A DNA stretch of 64,000 nucleotides from SAR86 cluster bacterium (GTDB lineage Bacteria > Pseudomonadota > Gammaproteobacteria > Magnimaribacterales > D2472), in contig CP097973.1 of NCBI GenBank assembly GCA_023703655.1, forward strand, positions 971,831 through 1,035,830, given 5' to 3'. The position numbers and the translations under genes were made by a program. Shown here in pieces: positions 1 through 9,805 of the stretch. The notes beneath the pieces were generated by a model. The model saw nothing but the letters and a program-made list of their open reading frames with translations. It was not told the origin of the DNA and made no database searches. Numbering within the stretch: the stretch's first letter is position 1; the number at the start of each line of letters is the position of its first letter.

Positions 1-37
1 TATTTTATTTACCAAAATCAAAACCCTGGAACAACTT

Positions 38-1222
38 ATGAGTGATTTAAAAGCCTTTAGAGATGAAGTTAAAGATTGGTTAGAGCAAAATTGTCCGCCA
101 ACAATGAGGACTCCCCTTGTTGCAGATGAAGAAGTTTGGGGTGGAAGAAATGCTAAATACAAAAATCCTGAGTCAAAATTATGGCTTAAAAGAATGGGCG
201 AAAAAGGCTGGACTGCGCCAGCCATTCCAAAAGAATATGGTGGCGGTGGATTAGACCGTGATCAAATAAAAGTATTAAATGAAGAGCTCTTTGCAATTGG
301 AGCAAGACCCCCTCTGAACAGTTTTGGAATTTGGATGTTAGCTCCTGTGATTATTGAATATGGAAATGAAGTACAGAAACTCGAACATATTCCTAAAATC
401 ATCAAGGGAGAAATTAGGTGGTGCCAAGGCTATTCAGAGCCAGGATCTGGTTCAGATCTAGCATCATTGTCAACAAAAGCTGAAGATATGGGAGATCACT
501 ATTTAGTGAATGGTCAAAAAGTCTGGACGTCTTATGCAGACAAAGCAGACTGGATTTTTGCTCTTGTAAGAACTGGGCCAAAAGAACCTAAACACACAGG
601 AATTAGTTTCTTATTAATTGATATGGCTGATCCTGGTGTAACAACAAAAAAGATAACGCTTATCAGTGGAAAATCACCTTTTTGTGAGACATTTTTTGAT
701 AATGTTAAAGTGCCAAAAGAGAATCTAATTGGAGAAGAAAATCAAGGCTGGACGATTGCAAAAAAACTTCTGCAACACGAAAGGAATTTCATTTCAAACT
801 TTGGCTTAGCTGGTGGCGGTGGATCAGGCACCAAAGGAATTGTTGGAATTGCAAAAAAATATTTAGGGGAAGAAAATGGGATGATTGCTGATTCGGATTT
901 TCGTGCAGCAGTTACCAAGCATAAAATGAAGGAACATGCTTTTGGTCTTACACTGCAAAGAGCTAATGATGAAGGTGCAAAAGCTTCAGCAGCATCTTCA
1001 ATATTTAAATTTTATGGAACAGAACATAACAAGGAAAGATATGAACTTATGATTTCTGCACTTGGAAATAAAGGTGTTGTTTGGTCTGGTGATCAAGCCG
1101 ATGATAATGAAAAGGATATAACAAGAGCTTGGTTACGTACAAAAGCTAATTCCATTGAGGGTGGTACATCTGAAGTTCAACTCAATGTAATAGCTAAAAG
1201 AGTCCTAGATTTACCGACCTAA
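38..1222 (+). CDS. Acyl-CoA dehydrogenase (catalytic-type subunit of a two-gene ACAD pair)
   Basis: WCQGYSEPGSGSDLA, NGQKVWTS, LQHER and SIEGGTSEVQLNVIAKRVL motifs. Confidence 0.92.
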   Translation: MSDLKAFRDEVKDWLEQNCPPTMRTPLVADEEVWGGRNAKYKNPESKLWLKRMGEKGWTAPAIPKEYGGGGLDRDQIKVLNEELFAIGARPPLNSFGIWMLAPVIIEYGNEVQKLEHIPKIIKGEIRWCQGYSEPGSGSDLASLSTKAEDMGDHYLVNGQKVWTSYADKADWIFALVRTGPKEPKHTGISFLLIDMADPGVTTKKITLISGKSPFCETFFDNVKVPKENLIGEENQGWTIAKKLLQHERNFISNFGLAGGGGSGTKGIVGIAKKYLGEENGMIADSDFRAAVTKHKMKEHAFGLTLQRANDEGAKASAASSIFKFYGTEHNKERYELMISALGNKGVVWSGDQADDNEKDITRAWLRTKANSIEGGTSEVQLNVIAKRVLDLPT

Positions 1223-1224
1223 GT

Positions 1225-2364
1225 ATGAAGTTAGTACTCTCTGAAGAACAAGAATACTTGCGAGAAACAGCTTCAAATTTTGCCAAAGAAAAAACTCCAG
1301 TCTCTCATTTAAGGTCATTGCGTGATTCTGAAGATGCTAATTGCTGGGATAAAAAAATTTGGGATGAAATGGTATCACTTGGTTGGTCAGGAATTCTAAT
1401 ACCAGAACAATTTGGGGGCTCCGACTTTGGCCTAACTGGAATAAGTGTTATCTTGCAAGAACTTGGACGGACTCTATCTCCCTCACCATTATTTGCAACA
1501 TCAGTACTTGGAGTAACAGCAATAAACCAGCTTGGCAAAGAGGATCAAAAAAAAGATTTCCTTGGTAAAATAGCTAAGGGTGAAATTACTTGCTGTTTGG
1601 CTGTTGACGAGGGAACACACCACAATCTTTCGAACGTAGAACTCTCAGCGAAAAAAACCAAAGACGGTTGGATTTTAAACGGCAGTAAGGTTTTTGTAAT
1701 TGATGGAGCAAGTGCTGATGTTGCTATAATTATTGCAAGAACATCTGGCATTAAAGGGGATCTGCAAGGCCTCACAGCTTTCATTACAGATACTAAAGCT
1801 AAAGGAATTTCTATAAAAAAAGTTCCAACTGCAGACTCAAGAAATTATGCTAATTTTGAAATTAAAGACTTGAATTTAACTAGTGATGATTTACTCGGGA
1901 ATGTTGATGATGCATCTGATTCCATACAGAAAGTTCTTGATTTTGGTAGAATTGCCCTTGCTGCAGAGATGCTTGGGAATACTCAAGAAGCTTTTGATGT
2001 AACAATTCAATATCTGAAAGATAGAAAACAATTTGGTGTGCCAATTGGTTCATTTCAGGCTTTACAACATAGGGCTGCAAAAATGTTTTGTGAAATTGAG
2101 TTAACTAAATCAGCTGTTATGGCCGCAATGAATGCTGCAGATGAAAGCTCTAATCAAATGGAAAGATTATCATCACTTGCTAAATACCAAGCCGGTCAAA
2201 CACTTCACCTTGTTAGTAATGAATCCATTCAAATGCACGGTGGTATAGGTGTTACAGATGAATATGACATAGGTTTTTATCTTAAACGGGCTAGAGTTGC
2301 AGAACAGATATTCGGAAATACATCATTTCACCAGTCAAGATATTCAGATATAAGCGGTTATTAA
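1225..2364 (+). CDS. Acyl-CoA dehydrogenase (partner subunit, PimD/ChsE-like)
   Basis: RKQFGVPIGSFQALQH and IQMHGGIG motifs; SEP motif degenerate (AVDEG); 2 nt after the upstream ACAD. Confidence 0.9.
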   Translation: MKLVLSEEQEYLRETASNFAKEKTPVSHLRSLRDSEDANCWDKKIWDEMVSLGWSGILIPEQFGGSDFGLTGISVILQELGRTLSPSPLFATSVLGVTAINQLGKEDQKKDFLGKIAKGEITCCLAVDEGTHHNLSNVELSAKKTKDGWILNGSKVFVIDGASADVAIIIARTSGIKGDLQGLTAFITDTKAKGISIKKVPTADSRNYANFEIKDLNLTSDDLLGNVDDASDSIQKVLDFGRIALAAEMLGNTQEAFDVTIQYLKDRKQFGVPIGSFQALQHRAAKMFCEIELTKSAVMAAMNAADESSNQMERLSSLAKYQAGQTLHLVSNESIQMHGGIGVTDEYDIGFYLKRARVAEQIFGNTSFHQSRYSDISGY

Positions 2365-2365
2365 A

Positions 2366-3151
2366 TTGTCTGAAATTGATAAGACACTTCAAATTATGGA
2401 GCAACTAAGAGATCCAGATAGTGGGTGTCCTTGGGATATAAAACAAACACATTCAAGCATTGCAAAATGTTCCATAGAAGAATCATATGAATTAATATCA
2501 TCCATTATTAAAAATGATCCAGAGGGAATCAAAGAAGAGCTTGGCGATTTGCTTCTGCAAGTAATTTTCCATTCTCAGATAGCAAATGAAAAAGGGAATT
2601 TTAACTTTAATGATGTTGTAAAAGGATTAAACAATAAATTAGTTAGGCGACATCCTCACGTATTTGACGAAAAAATAAAGAAGAAAAAAATAACAGCGGC
2701 TGAACAGGAGCTTGTCTGGGATACTATCAAAAGGAATGAAAAAGATACTAACCAAACAGATATTTTTTCAGATTTAAACGACTCTCTGCCCCCATCAAAG
2801 AAAGCAATTGTTATTCAAAACATTGCCAAGACATTTGATTTTGATTGGGAATCGAAAGATCAAGTGATTTGCAAAATAAAAGAGGAAATAGACGAGTTAG
2901 AAGATTCTTTTGAGGACAAAGATAAAACCCTTGAAGAGTTTGGAGATATCTTATTTTCAGTAACAAATTTAGCTAGACACTTGAATATTGATCCTGAGAC
3001 AGCAATTGAATATGCAAATAAAAAGTTTATGGATCGTTTTACACAACTATTGGATTTATTTGCTAAAAAGTCTATAGATATGAAAAATGCTAATATGGAA
3101 CAGCTTAATGATGCATGGGAAGAGGTAAAAAAGAGTGAGGTTGATCTATAA
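2366..3151 (+). CDS. mazG: Nucleoside triphosphate pyrophosphohydrolase MazG
   Basis: LRDPDSGCPWD, EESYE, EELGDLLLQV, KLVRRHPHVF and a second EEFGDILF domain; TTG start. Confidence 0.95.
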   Translation: MSEIDKTLQIMEQLRDPDSGCPWDIKQTHSSIAKCSIEESYELISSIIKNDPEGIKEELGDLLLQVIFHSQIANEKGNFNFNDVVKGLNNKLVRRHPHVFDEKIKKKKITAAEQELVWDTIKRNEKDTNQTDIFSDLNDSLPPSKKAIVIQNIAKTFDFDWESKDQVICKIKEEIDELEDSFEDKDKTLEEFGDILFSVTNLARHLNIDPETAIEYANKKFMDRFTQLLDLFAKKSIDMKNANMEQLNDAWEEVKKSEVDL

Positions 3152-4016
3152 GAATTGTATTGGAGTATTAACTTCAGCTTCTATATTTTCAATACTGACT
3201 GTTGCCTCCATCATTTTGGTATTTATAAGTCTGCCAAGAATTCTGCCAATAAAAGCTGTTAAAAATTTCGTTACAGCGATTTCCAACGAGTTTGGTAATT
3301 TTGTTGTTTTGAGCCTAAAAATTACATTACACCTTCTTCATAGACCAAATTGGGAAGTAGAATTCCCATCTGAAATTAGTAAATACAATTGGTATCTTGG
3401 TATGAGTAATCATATGTCTTGGTCAGATATATTTATTTTACTTTTTATCTCCAATGGAAAGATCCCACTATTAAAGTTTTTTATGAAAAAAGAGTTGAAA
3501 TGGATTCCCATTGTTTATCTTATCCACAGAACTATTGATATGCCATTTGTTAACAGACATACCAAAGAAGAGATTCAAGATAATCCTAAATTAAAGAAGA
3601 TTGATTTTGAAAATTCAAGAATTGCTGCAAAAAAATTTTCAAGATATCCCTCTACCGCATTTAGTTTTGCAGAGGGAACAAGATATTCAAATGAAAAACA
3701 TGAAGCTCAATCATCTCCATATAAGAATTTGTTAATTCCAAAAATCGGTGCCCTTGCAACTGCTTTAAACGGAATGCCAGAGGTAGATACAATTTTAGAT
3801 TTTACAATCATATATAAATCAAAAAAAAGGTCTGCATGGGCTTATGCTTGTGGAGAAATGAAAGATGCAAAAATTATAATTAAAAGCTACCCTATTCCCT
3901 ATATACTCAAAAACAAAGGTTTTGATGAGCAAGCTCAATATCAAGAGGATTTTAAGAATTTTATCGAGGACATCTGGAGAAAAAAGGAACAAATCATAAA
4001 ACAATCAAAGTTCTAG
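3135..4016 (+). CDS. PlsC/YihG-family acyltransferase
   Basis: NHMSWSD (HxxxxD), FFMKKELKWIP, FAEGTR, LLIPKIG. Confidence 0.9.
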   Translation: MRLIYKNCIGVLTSASIFSILTVASIILVFISLPRILPIKAVKNFVTAISNEFGNFVVLSLKITLHLLHRPNWEVEFPSEISKYNWYLGMSNHMSWSDIFILLFISNGKIPLLKFFMKKELKWIPIVYLIHRTIDMPFVNRHTKEEIQDNPKLKKIDFENSRIAAKKFSRYPSTAFSFAEGTRYSNEKHEAQSSPYKNLLIPKIGALATALNGMPEVDTILDFTIIYKSKKRSAWAYACGEMKDAKIIIKSYPIPYILKNKGFDEQAQYQEDFKNFIEDIWRKKEQIIKQSKF

Positions 4017-4481
4017 TTTTTTTCGGCTGATACCCCAAGTTATTTTGTCTGCATACAACCAATAACCTGGTTTAAAAATTAATCCTCCAAATGATATGAG
4101 AATATCCCTTCTACCGATATTATTTTTCTTTGTTTTTTTGAATACTTCTCCTTTTGCTAAAATCTTAATATTTAGTTTATTTATTTCATCTGCATCGCGA
4201 ATAAATCCATTTAAAACAATTCCTTGCCAATTGTTTTCAATTGCCATCGAGGCGATTTCATCTCCAACGATTGATTCATGAGTAACACCATTTGCGTCAA
4301 TAACTAATATTTTATTTTTACCATCTTCTGATAAAGCTTCTTTTATTATTGAATTATCATCTCCACAAAATGCTGTAGAAATTTCTCCACTAATACTATT
4401 CTTGTTTCCAAAAGATAATAATCTCATATATGAGACTTTTAACTCTCTTGGAAATTTATCTGAAAGATCAGCAAGATTCAT
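4005..4481 (-). CDS. rraA: RraA/MenG-family protein (HMG aldolase-like)
   Basis: DDN, ILVID, VGDEIA, NNWQGIVLNGFIRD, PGYWLYAD. Confidence 0.85.
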   Translation of the reverse strand: MNLADLSDKFPRELKVSYMRLLSFGNKNSISGEISTAFCGDDNSIIKEALSEDGKNKILVIDANGVTHESIVGDEIASMAIENNWQGIVLNGFIRDADEINKLNIKILAKGEVFKKTKKNNIGRRDILISFGGLIFKPGYWLYADKITWGISRKKLEL

Positions 4482-5482
4482 GCTTTTTTTAAAAGTTTTA
4501 AAATCTTACTTTGATGCTCAAGATCTGTGTTAAAAAAAGTTGGGGCGATTCGATCTGCGAATTCTTTATATCTTTGTTGTAATGTTTTTGTAACCTCTTC
4601 AGCATTTCCAACTACTCCAACAGTTTCTAAAATTTCGTCACTGATTAGTGTTGGCATATCATTCCAGCTACCTTTTTTTGATAGACGATTTAATTCAAAA
4701 TGAATATGCTCCCATCCATGTTGCTCTAATACTATTTTATATGCCGGTGTTGATCCATAGAAAGCTATTTGGGATCTTAGACCATTTATAGCCTGGTCCA
4801 AAGAATCTTGATCATCTGATGATGCAATCATTACTCCAACTGATATTTCAAAACCATCATTCAAAGAGTTAAGATTGCCTTTTTTTACAGATGGTAATGT
4901 AATATTTTTCATTGACTGAGCTGTATGAAATGGATGCACCATTAAACCATCTGCAACTTCGCCAGCAACTTGGGTCATAACTGGTCCAACACCTGCTAAA
5001 TAGATCTTTGGTAATCCAAAATCAGCTTTTCCAGGATTAAAAAATGGTGTCATCAATGTATGATTATAAAATTCACCTTTAAAATCTAATTTGGTCCCAT
5101 TTTCCCAAGCCTCCCAAATAGCTTTAATTGCTAGCACCATTTCTTTCATTCTCTTTGCCGGACTTGACCATGGCATTGAAAATCGTCTTTCAATGTGTGG
5201 CTTAATCTGTGAACCCAAGCCTAATATAAATCTTCCCTCAGATAATAATTGAAGATCGTAAGCAATGTTTGCCAAAATCATTGGATTTCTTGCAAAAGCT
5301 ACAGCAATGGATGTGATTAATTGGATTTTCTTTGTGTTGAAGGCTGCAATTGAGAGAGGTAAAAAGGGATCGTGTGGACCTTCGAAAGTAAAAAGCCCGT
5401 CATAACCAAAATCTTCAATATCTTTTGATATTGAAGAGGCGTCTTTTGGGTTTCTTGTAATTATTGGAGCATCAAATTTCAT
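4478..5482 (-). CDS. LLM-class (predicted F420-dependent, TIGR03617-like) oxidoreductase
   Basis: EGPHDPFLPL, IAVAFARNPM, GRFILGLGSQIKPHI, IAFYGSTPAY. Confidence 0.88.
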   Translation of the reverse strand: MKFDAPIITRNPKDASSISKDIEDFGYDGLFTFEGPHDPFLPLSIAAFNTKKIQLITSIAVAFARNPMILANIAYDLQLLSEGRFILGLGSQIKPHIERRFSMPWSSPAKRMKEMVLAIKAIWEAWENGTKLDFKGEFYNHTLMTPFFNPGKADFGLPKIYLAGVGPVMTQVAGEVADGLMVHPFHTAQSMKNITLPSVKKGNLNSLNDGFEISVGVMIASSDDQDSLDQAINGLRSQIAFYGSTPAYKIVLEQHGWEHIHFELNRLSKKGSWNDMPTLISDEILETVGVVGNAEEVTKTLQQRYKEFADRIAPTFFNTDLEHQSKILKLLKKA

Positions 5483-5575
5483 GGATACTTATTTATGCAA
5501 TTAAGTTAATATACATTTGAAGATAATACTTAAATAATATAATTTTAGCTTTTTTTTAATGTTCAAGGGAGTTTT

Positions 5576-6709
5576 ATGAATTCAAAAATTTGTGATTTGT
5601 TAGGTATAGAGTTTCCACTTGTAGCTTTTAGTCATTGCAAAGATGTTGTTGCACAAGTATCTAAAGCTGGTGGCATGGGCGTACTTGGAGCAGTGGGAAT
5701 GACACCAGAAATGCTTGAAAATGATCTTAAATGGATAGATGAGAATGTTAATGGCATGCCATATGGCGTAGATGTACTGATTCCAAACAAGTTTGAAGGC
5801 AAAGGAGAAGGTTTAAATCCTGAAGATTGGGCGAATATGATTCCTCAAGAATACAGAGATTTTCGTGCAGATGTACTCAATAAATATAAATTAGATGGAG
5901 AGTCTCTAAGAGAGCAAACTACTCAGAAATCAGGTTTTGGGAAAAATCTTGGTGAAGACGGTGCGCAAAAACTTTTAGACGTAGCTTTTTCTCATCCAAT
6001 TAAATTGATAGCTAATGCTCTAGGAGTGCCACCAAAATGGATGCTGGAAATGGGTAAAAAGAATAATGTTCCAGTAGCTGCATTGGTTGGAGCAAAGGAG
6101 CATGCGATACGTCAGGTTCAAGCAGGAGTGGATTTATTAGTAGTCTCAGGGACTGAAGGCGGCGGGCATGTAGGTAGTGTATCTGGATTGGTACTTGTGC
6201 CTGAAATTCATAAAGCTATTCAACCAATTTCTGATATTCCCATTTTGGCTGCTGGAGGTATTGCGACAGGCCATCAGATGGCTGGTGTAATGGCTATGGG
6301 TGCTTCGGGTGTTTGGTGCGCATCAGTTTTCCTCCCTACTAGTGAAGCAGAAACATCTCCAACTGTTAAAGAGAAAATGATTAATGCTACCTCTAGCCAA
6401 ACAGTAAGATCCAGGAGTAGAACTGGTAAACATTCGCGTCAATTAAGATCGGGCTGGACAGATGCATGGGAATCTAAAGATGCTCCAGAACCTCTTCCAA
6501 TGCCATTGCAAACAATGGTTGGAGAACCAGCATTAGATATTATTGATAAAGCAGCTGAAAATGGTCATCAGGGAGCAAAAGAACTTGCAACATATTGGGT
6601 TGGGCAAGGAATTGGTTTAGTAGATGAAACTATTAGTGCTGGACAAACCGTTCAAAAATTCAAAGAAGAATTTTTAGATGCTTTAGACAGAATGCAAAAT
6701 GTAATCTGA
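5576..6709 (+). CDS. Nitronate monooxygenase / FabK-like flavin oxidoreductase
   Basis: AFSHCKDVV, GTEGGGH, ILAAGGIATG. Confidence 0.88.
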   Translation: MNSKICDLLGIEFPLVAFSHCKDVVAQVSKAGGMGVLGAVGMTPEMLENDLKWIDENVNGMPYGVDVLIPNKFEGKGEGLNPEDWANMIPQEYRDFRADVLNKYKLDGESLREQTTQKSGFGKNLGEDGAQKLLDVAFSHPIKLIANALGVPPKWMLEMGKKNNVPVAALVGAKEHAIRQVQAGVDLLVVSGTEGGGHVGSVSGLVLVPEIHKAIQPISDIPILAAGGIATGHQMAGVMAMGASGVWCASVFLPTSEAETSPTVKEKMINATSSQTVRSRSRTGKHSRQLRSGWTDAWESKDAPEPLPMPLQTMVGEPALDIIDKAAENGHQGAKELATYWVGQGIGLVDETISAGQTVQKFKEEFLDALDRMQNVI

Positions 6710-6743
6710 AGAGTGTTATTACCTCTGAAGTTTAGAACAGATT

Positions 6744-8657
6744 ATGATTAGAAACCTTTTTACTATCTTAATGGCTGTACTACTATTATTTGTAATCAAT
6801 CACATTTATCAACCAATCAGCAGAATAAATTTGTATTTTTCTCAATTTGAAAATGTACAAACAATTTATAAAGATGATTACCTTTTTAGAGATCTAAATA
6901 AAAATCAGCAATTAGACATTTATGAAGATGCAAGAGTTTCTATTGAATTGAGAGTTAATGATGTGCTTAGCCAAATGACTATAGAAGAAAAAGTTGGTTT
7001 AATGTTTCATCCACCTTTTACTGTTAATCCAGGCATAGGGATGCGTATTTATGAGATTTTGATCAGGGGTAATCAATTTACAGAGTCTCATATCATTAAA
7101 AAAAATATAAATCACTTTAATCTTTATGGAAATCCAGATCCTGTAAAGTTGGCTAAAAGGATAAATCAACTTCAAAACTATGCGGCAAGGTCAAGACTTG
7201 GCATTCCTCTAACAATAAGCTCTGATCCCATTCATGAAGTTGAAAGGGGTGGTGGGATTGCGTCATTTTCAGTTCGAGGATTTTCAAAATGGCCTTCTCA
7301 GCTTGGTTTAGCAGCAACACGAGATGTAGAGTTGGTAAAAAAGTTTGCTGATATTGCAAGACAAGAATATCTAGCAGTTGGTATTCGCACTGCTTTGCAT
7401 CCAATGGCGGATCTAGCAACTGATCCAAGATGGGCAAGAAATTTTGGGACTTTTGGGTCAGATAGCAAACTAAGTACTTCGTTAACACTTGCATATATGG
7501 ATGGCTTTCAAGGAGAAAATATTGACTCTCAAAGTGTTTTGACGATGGTAAAGCATTTTCCAGGAGGAGGCCCACAAGAGAATGGGTTAGATGCTCATTT
7601 AATGAGCGGAGAGAATCAAGTATATCCTGGCAAAATGTTTGATTATCATCTAGAGCCTTTTATAGAGGCAATTAACAATAACCTTAAAGTTATCATGCCT
7701 TATTATGGTATCGCAGTTGATCAATCAAATGAGAATATTGCTATAGGCTTTAATAGGTACTTACTTAATGATTTGTTGAGGGAAACACTTAATTATGATG
7801 GAGTGATATGTTCTGATTGGGGAATTATTACAGGCAGGCATTGGGGTGTAACTAATCTCACAATACCAGAAAGGTACATTAAGGCTATAAATGCTGGCAT
7901 TGACCAGTTTGGTGGAGAAATGCATCCTGAAATTGTAGTGCAGCTTGTCAAAGAAAATAAAATCAATGAATCAAGAATTGATCGATCAGCTAGAAGAATA
8001 CTAAAAAATAAATTTGAATTAGGCTTATTTGATGATCCTTTTGTAGATATTGTGAGCGTTGATAAGCGCATTAATACACAACTTACTCAGAAATTGGCCC
8101 TTGATGCACAAAGAAAATCTGTTGTTATGCTTAAAAATAGTAATCTTTTACCTTTAACAGAAGAAACAAAAATCTATGTTGACGGTATGGAATTTAAAGA
8201 TAGTGATATAAATAAAGTAAATACTATTGAGGAGGCTGATGTAATTCTTATGTACCTACATACTGTATTTAATGGTAATCAAGAGCCAGGTACTGACAGA
8301 TTATTTGATAGATTCTTGAGTAATTTATTTCCAAATACTGACTTAAGATTTAACAATCAAGTAATTAAAAGGGCTAGTGAATATTCACAAGTGAAACCGT
8401 TAATATTAGTGGTTGATTTAAATAGACCAGCGATATTGTCGGAGTTAAATGATCTATCGGATGCTCTAATTGGCACATTTGGCGTTAATGATGAAGTAAT
8501 ACATGAAATTATAAATGGTAAAACTAATCCAAGTGGAAAATTGCCATTTGAGCTTCCATCATCAATGAGCGAAGTTGAGGAACAATTTGAAGATGTTCCA
8601 GACGACACTGCTAATCCATTATATAAATATGGGTATGGTCTAAGCTTTACTGATTAA
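6744..8657 (+). CDS. Glycoside hydrolase family 3 (beta-glucosidase-like), N-terminal membrane anchor
   Basis: SRLGIP, DPRWAR, VKHFPGGG, ICSDWG nucleophile, PSGKLPFELP, YGYGLS. Confidence 0.93.
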   Translation: MIRNLFTILMAVLLLFVINHIYQPISRINLYFSQFENVQTIYKDDYLFRDLNKNQQLDIYEDARVSIELRVNDVLSQMTIEEKVGLMFHPPFTVNPGIGMRIYEILIRGNQFTESHIIKKNINHFNLYGNPDPVKLAKRINQLQNYAARSRLGIPLTISSDPIHEVERGGGIASFSVRGFSKWPSQLGLAATRDVELVKKFADIARQEYLAVGIRTALHPMADLATDPRWARNFGTFGSDSKLSTSLTLAYMDGFQGENIDSQSVLTMVKHFPGGGPQENGLDAHLMSGENQVYPGKMFDYHLEPFIEAINNNLKVIMPYYGIAVDQSNENIAIGFNRYLLNDLLRETLNYDGVICSDWGIITGRHWGVTNLTIPERYIKAINAGIDQFGGEMHPEIVVQLVKENKINESRIDRSARRILKNKFELGLFDDPFVDIVSVDKRINTQLTQKLALDAQRKSVVMLKNSNLLPLTEETKIYVDGMEFKDSDINKVNTIEEADVILMYLHTVFNGNQEPGTDRLFDRFLSNLFPNTDLRFNNQVIKRASEYSQVKPLILVVDLNRPAILSELNDLSDALIGTFGVNDEVIHEIINGKTNPSGKLPFELPSSMSEVEEQFEDVPDDTANPLYKYGYGLSFTD

Positions 8658-9120
8658 AATACTCTTCGCGCACATATCCTACTCTTGTAGTTTTAAAATG
8701 TTTAAATGGAACACCTAGTGCTGAGACAGCATCGACTGCGTCTGAGGATAAGTTACCATAAACTTCAATTTCAAAGTTAGTCGCTAACTGACCATGTCGT
8801 TGAACATACTCTTGAACGGGCGGGTTATTAATATGCTTTATTAAAGCCTCACTATTTTGGTAGACCTCGCTCCAAACAAAGCCAAGAGGATTATTAGGAT
8901 CTGCATCAAAGTTATGAAAAAGCATTCCTGGTTCACTAGCCTCGACTGCCTTATCAGCAAAGTCTGCAAGATCAAGATAATCCTCAACCATATTAGGTTT
9001 TACTTCAATTCTTGCAATTAATATAAATGGGTTTGAACCATTAATATTTGTTTTATGATGCATTGCATCTAGAGGATAAATAATAATAAATCCGACCAAA
9101 ACAAATAATAAATTTCTCAT
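8647..9120 (-). CDS. ABM (antibiotic biosynthesis monooxygenase)-fold protein with signal peptide
   Basis: EPGML...WSEVY..S.A...H pattern; hydrophobic N-terminus ending LDA. Confidence 0.75.
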   Translation of the reverse strand: MRNLLFVLVGFIIIYPLDAMHHKTNINGSNPFILIARIEVKPNMVEDYLDLADFADKAVEASEPGMLFHNFDADPNNPLGFVWSEVYQNSEALIKHINNPPVQEYVQRHGQLATNFEIEVYGNLSSDAVDAVSALGVPFKHFKTTRVGYVREEYFNQ

Positions 9121-9134
9121 TTTAATTCTCCTAT

Positions 9135-9752
9135 CTAATCTTCATGTCTTAGTGAAATTGCCTTTTTGAAGGCTTCTCTTTCAAAGAGCATGTTTGTCCA
9201 TCGAACAATATTAGGCTTAAATGCCTTTTCTATATTAAGACATTTAGCAAGATAAATCGCATAACCTACACAAATATCTGCAAGAGTAAGTCTGTTGCTA
9301 CAAAGATACTCTTTTTCTTCAAGTGTCTTTTCAAGCAATTTTAATCTTGCAACAAACCATCTTTTATAACCCTCTGCTGCATTATCAGCGACACCGATTT
9401 CCTGAAAAGCATAACGAAGATAAACTGTCTGAGGAAAAGTTAGTGTTGCATCGGAATGAGCCATCCAATTTAAATAAGCTGGGAAATCATCCTCATCTGG
9501 ACTAACTTTTAAGTCAGTAGGCCCATATTTTTCTGCAAGGTACTGACAAATCGCAACAGATTCAGTCATCTCAATATCGCCATCTATTAAATATGGAACC
9601 GTACCAAGAATATTTGTATCTAAATATTCTTTTTGTAAAAATCTTGGTGGAAATGGCATCATCTCTAGTTGATAGTCCAGATTCATTTCCTCAGCAGTCC
9701 ACAAAACCCTTACGTGACGTGAATCATTGCAACCGAATATCTTTAATTTCAT
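9135..9752 (-). CDS. Glutathione S-transferase family protein
   Basis: SRHVRVLW, NILGTVPYL, TESVAICQYL, LTLADI. Confidence 0.92.
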   Translation of the reverse strand: MKLKIFGCNDSRHVRVLWTAEEMNLDYQLEMMPFPPRFLQKEYLDTNILGTVPYLIDGDIEMTESVAICQYLAEKYGPTDLKVSPDEDDFPAYLNWMAHSDATLTFPQTVYLRYAFQEIGVADNAAEGYKRWFVARLKLLEKTLEEKEYLCSNRLTLADICVGYAIYLAKCLNIEKAFKPNIVRWTNMLFEREAFKKAISLRHED

Positions 9753-9805
9753 ACAGATTTAAGTAATTCGATTTATACTAATATCGCAGATTAATTAAAT
9801 CAATC

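Noticed and set aside
2366-3151. MazG or TerB (55150-55581) as anti-phage defence
   Set aside because: Both are ordinary stand-alone housekeeping types with no defence genes adjacent
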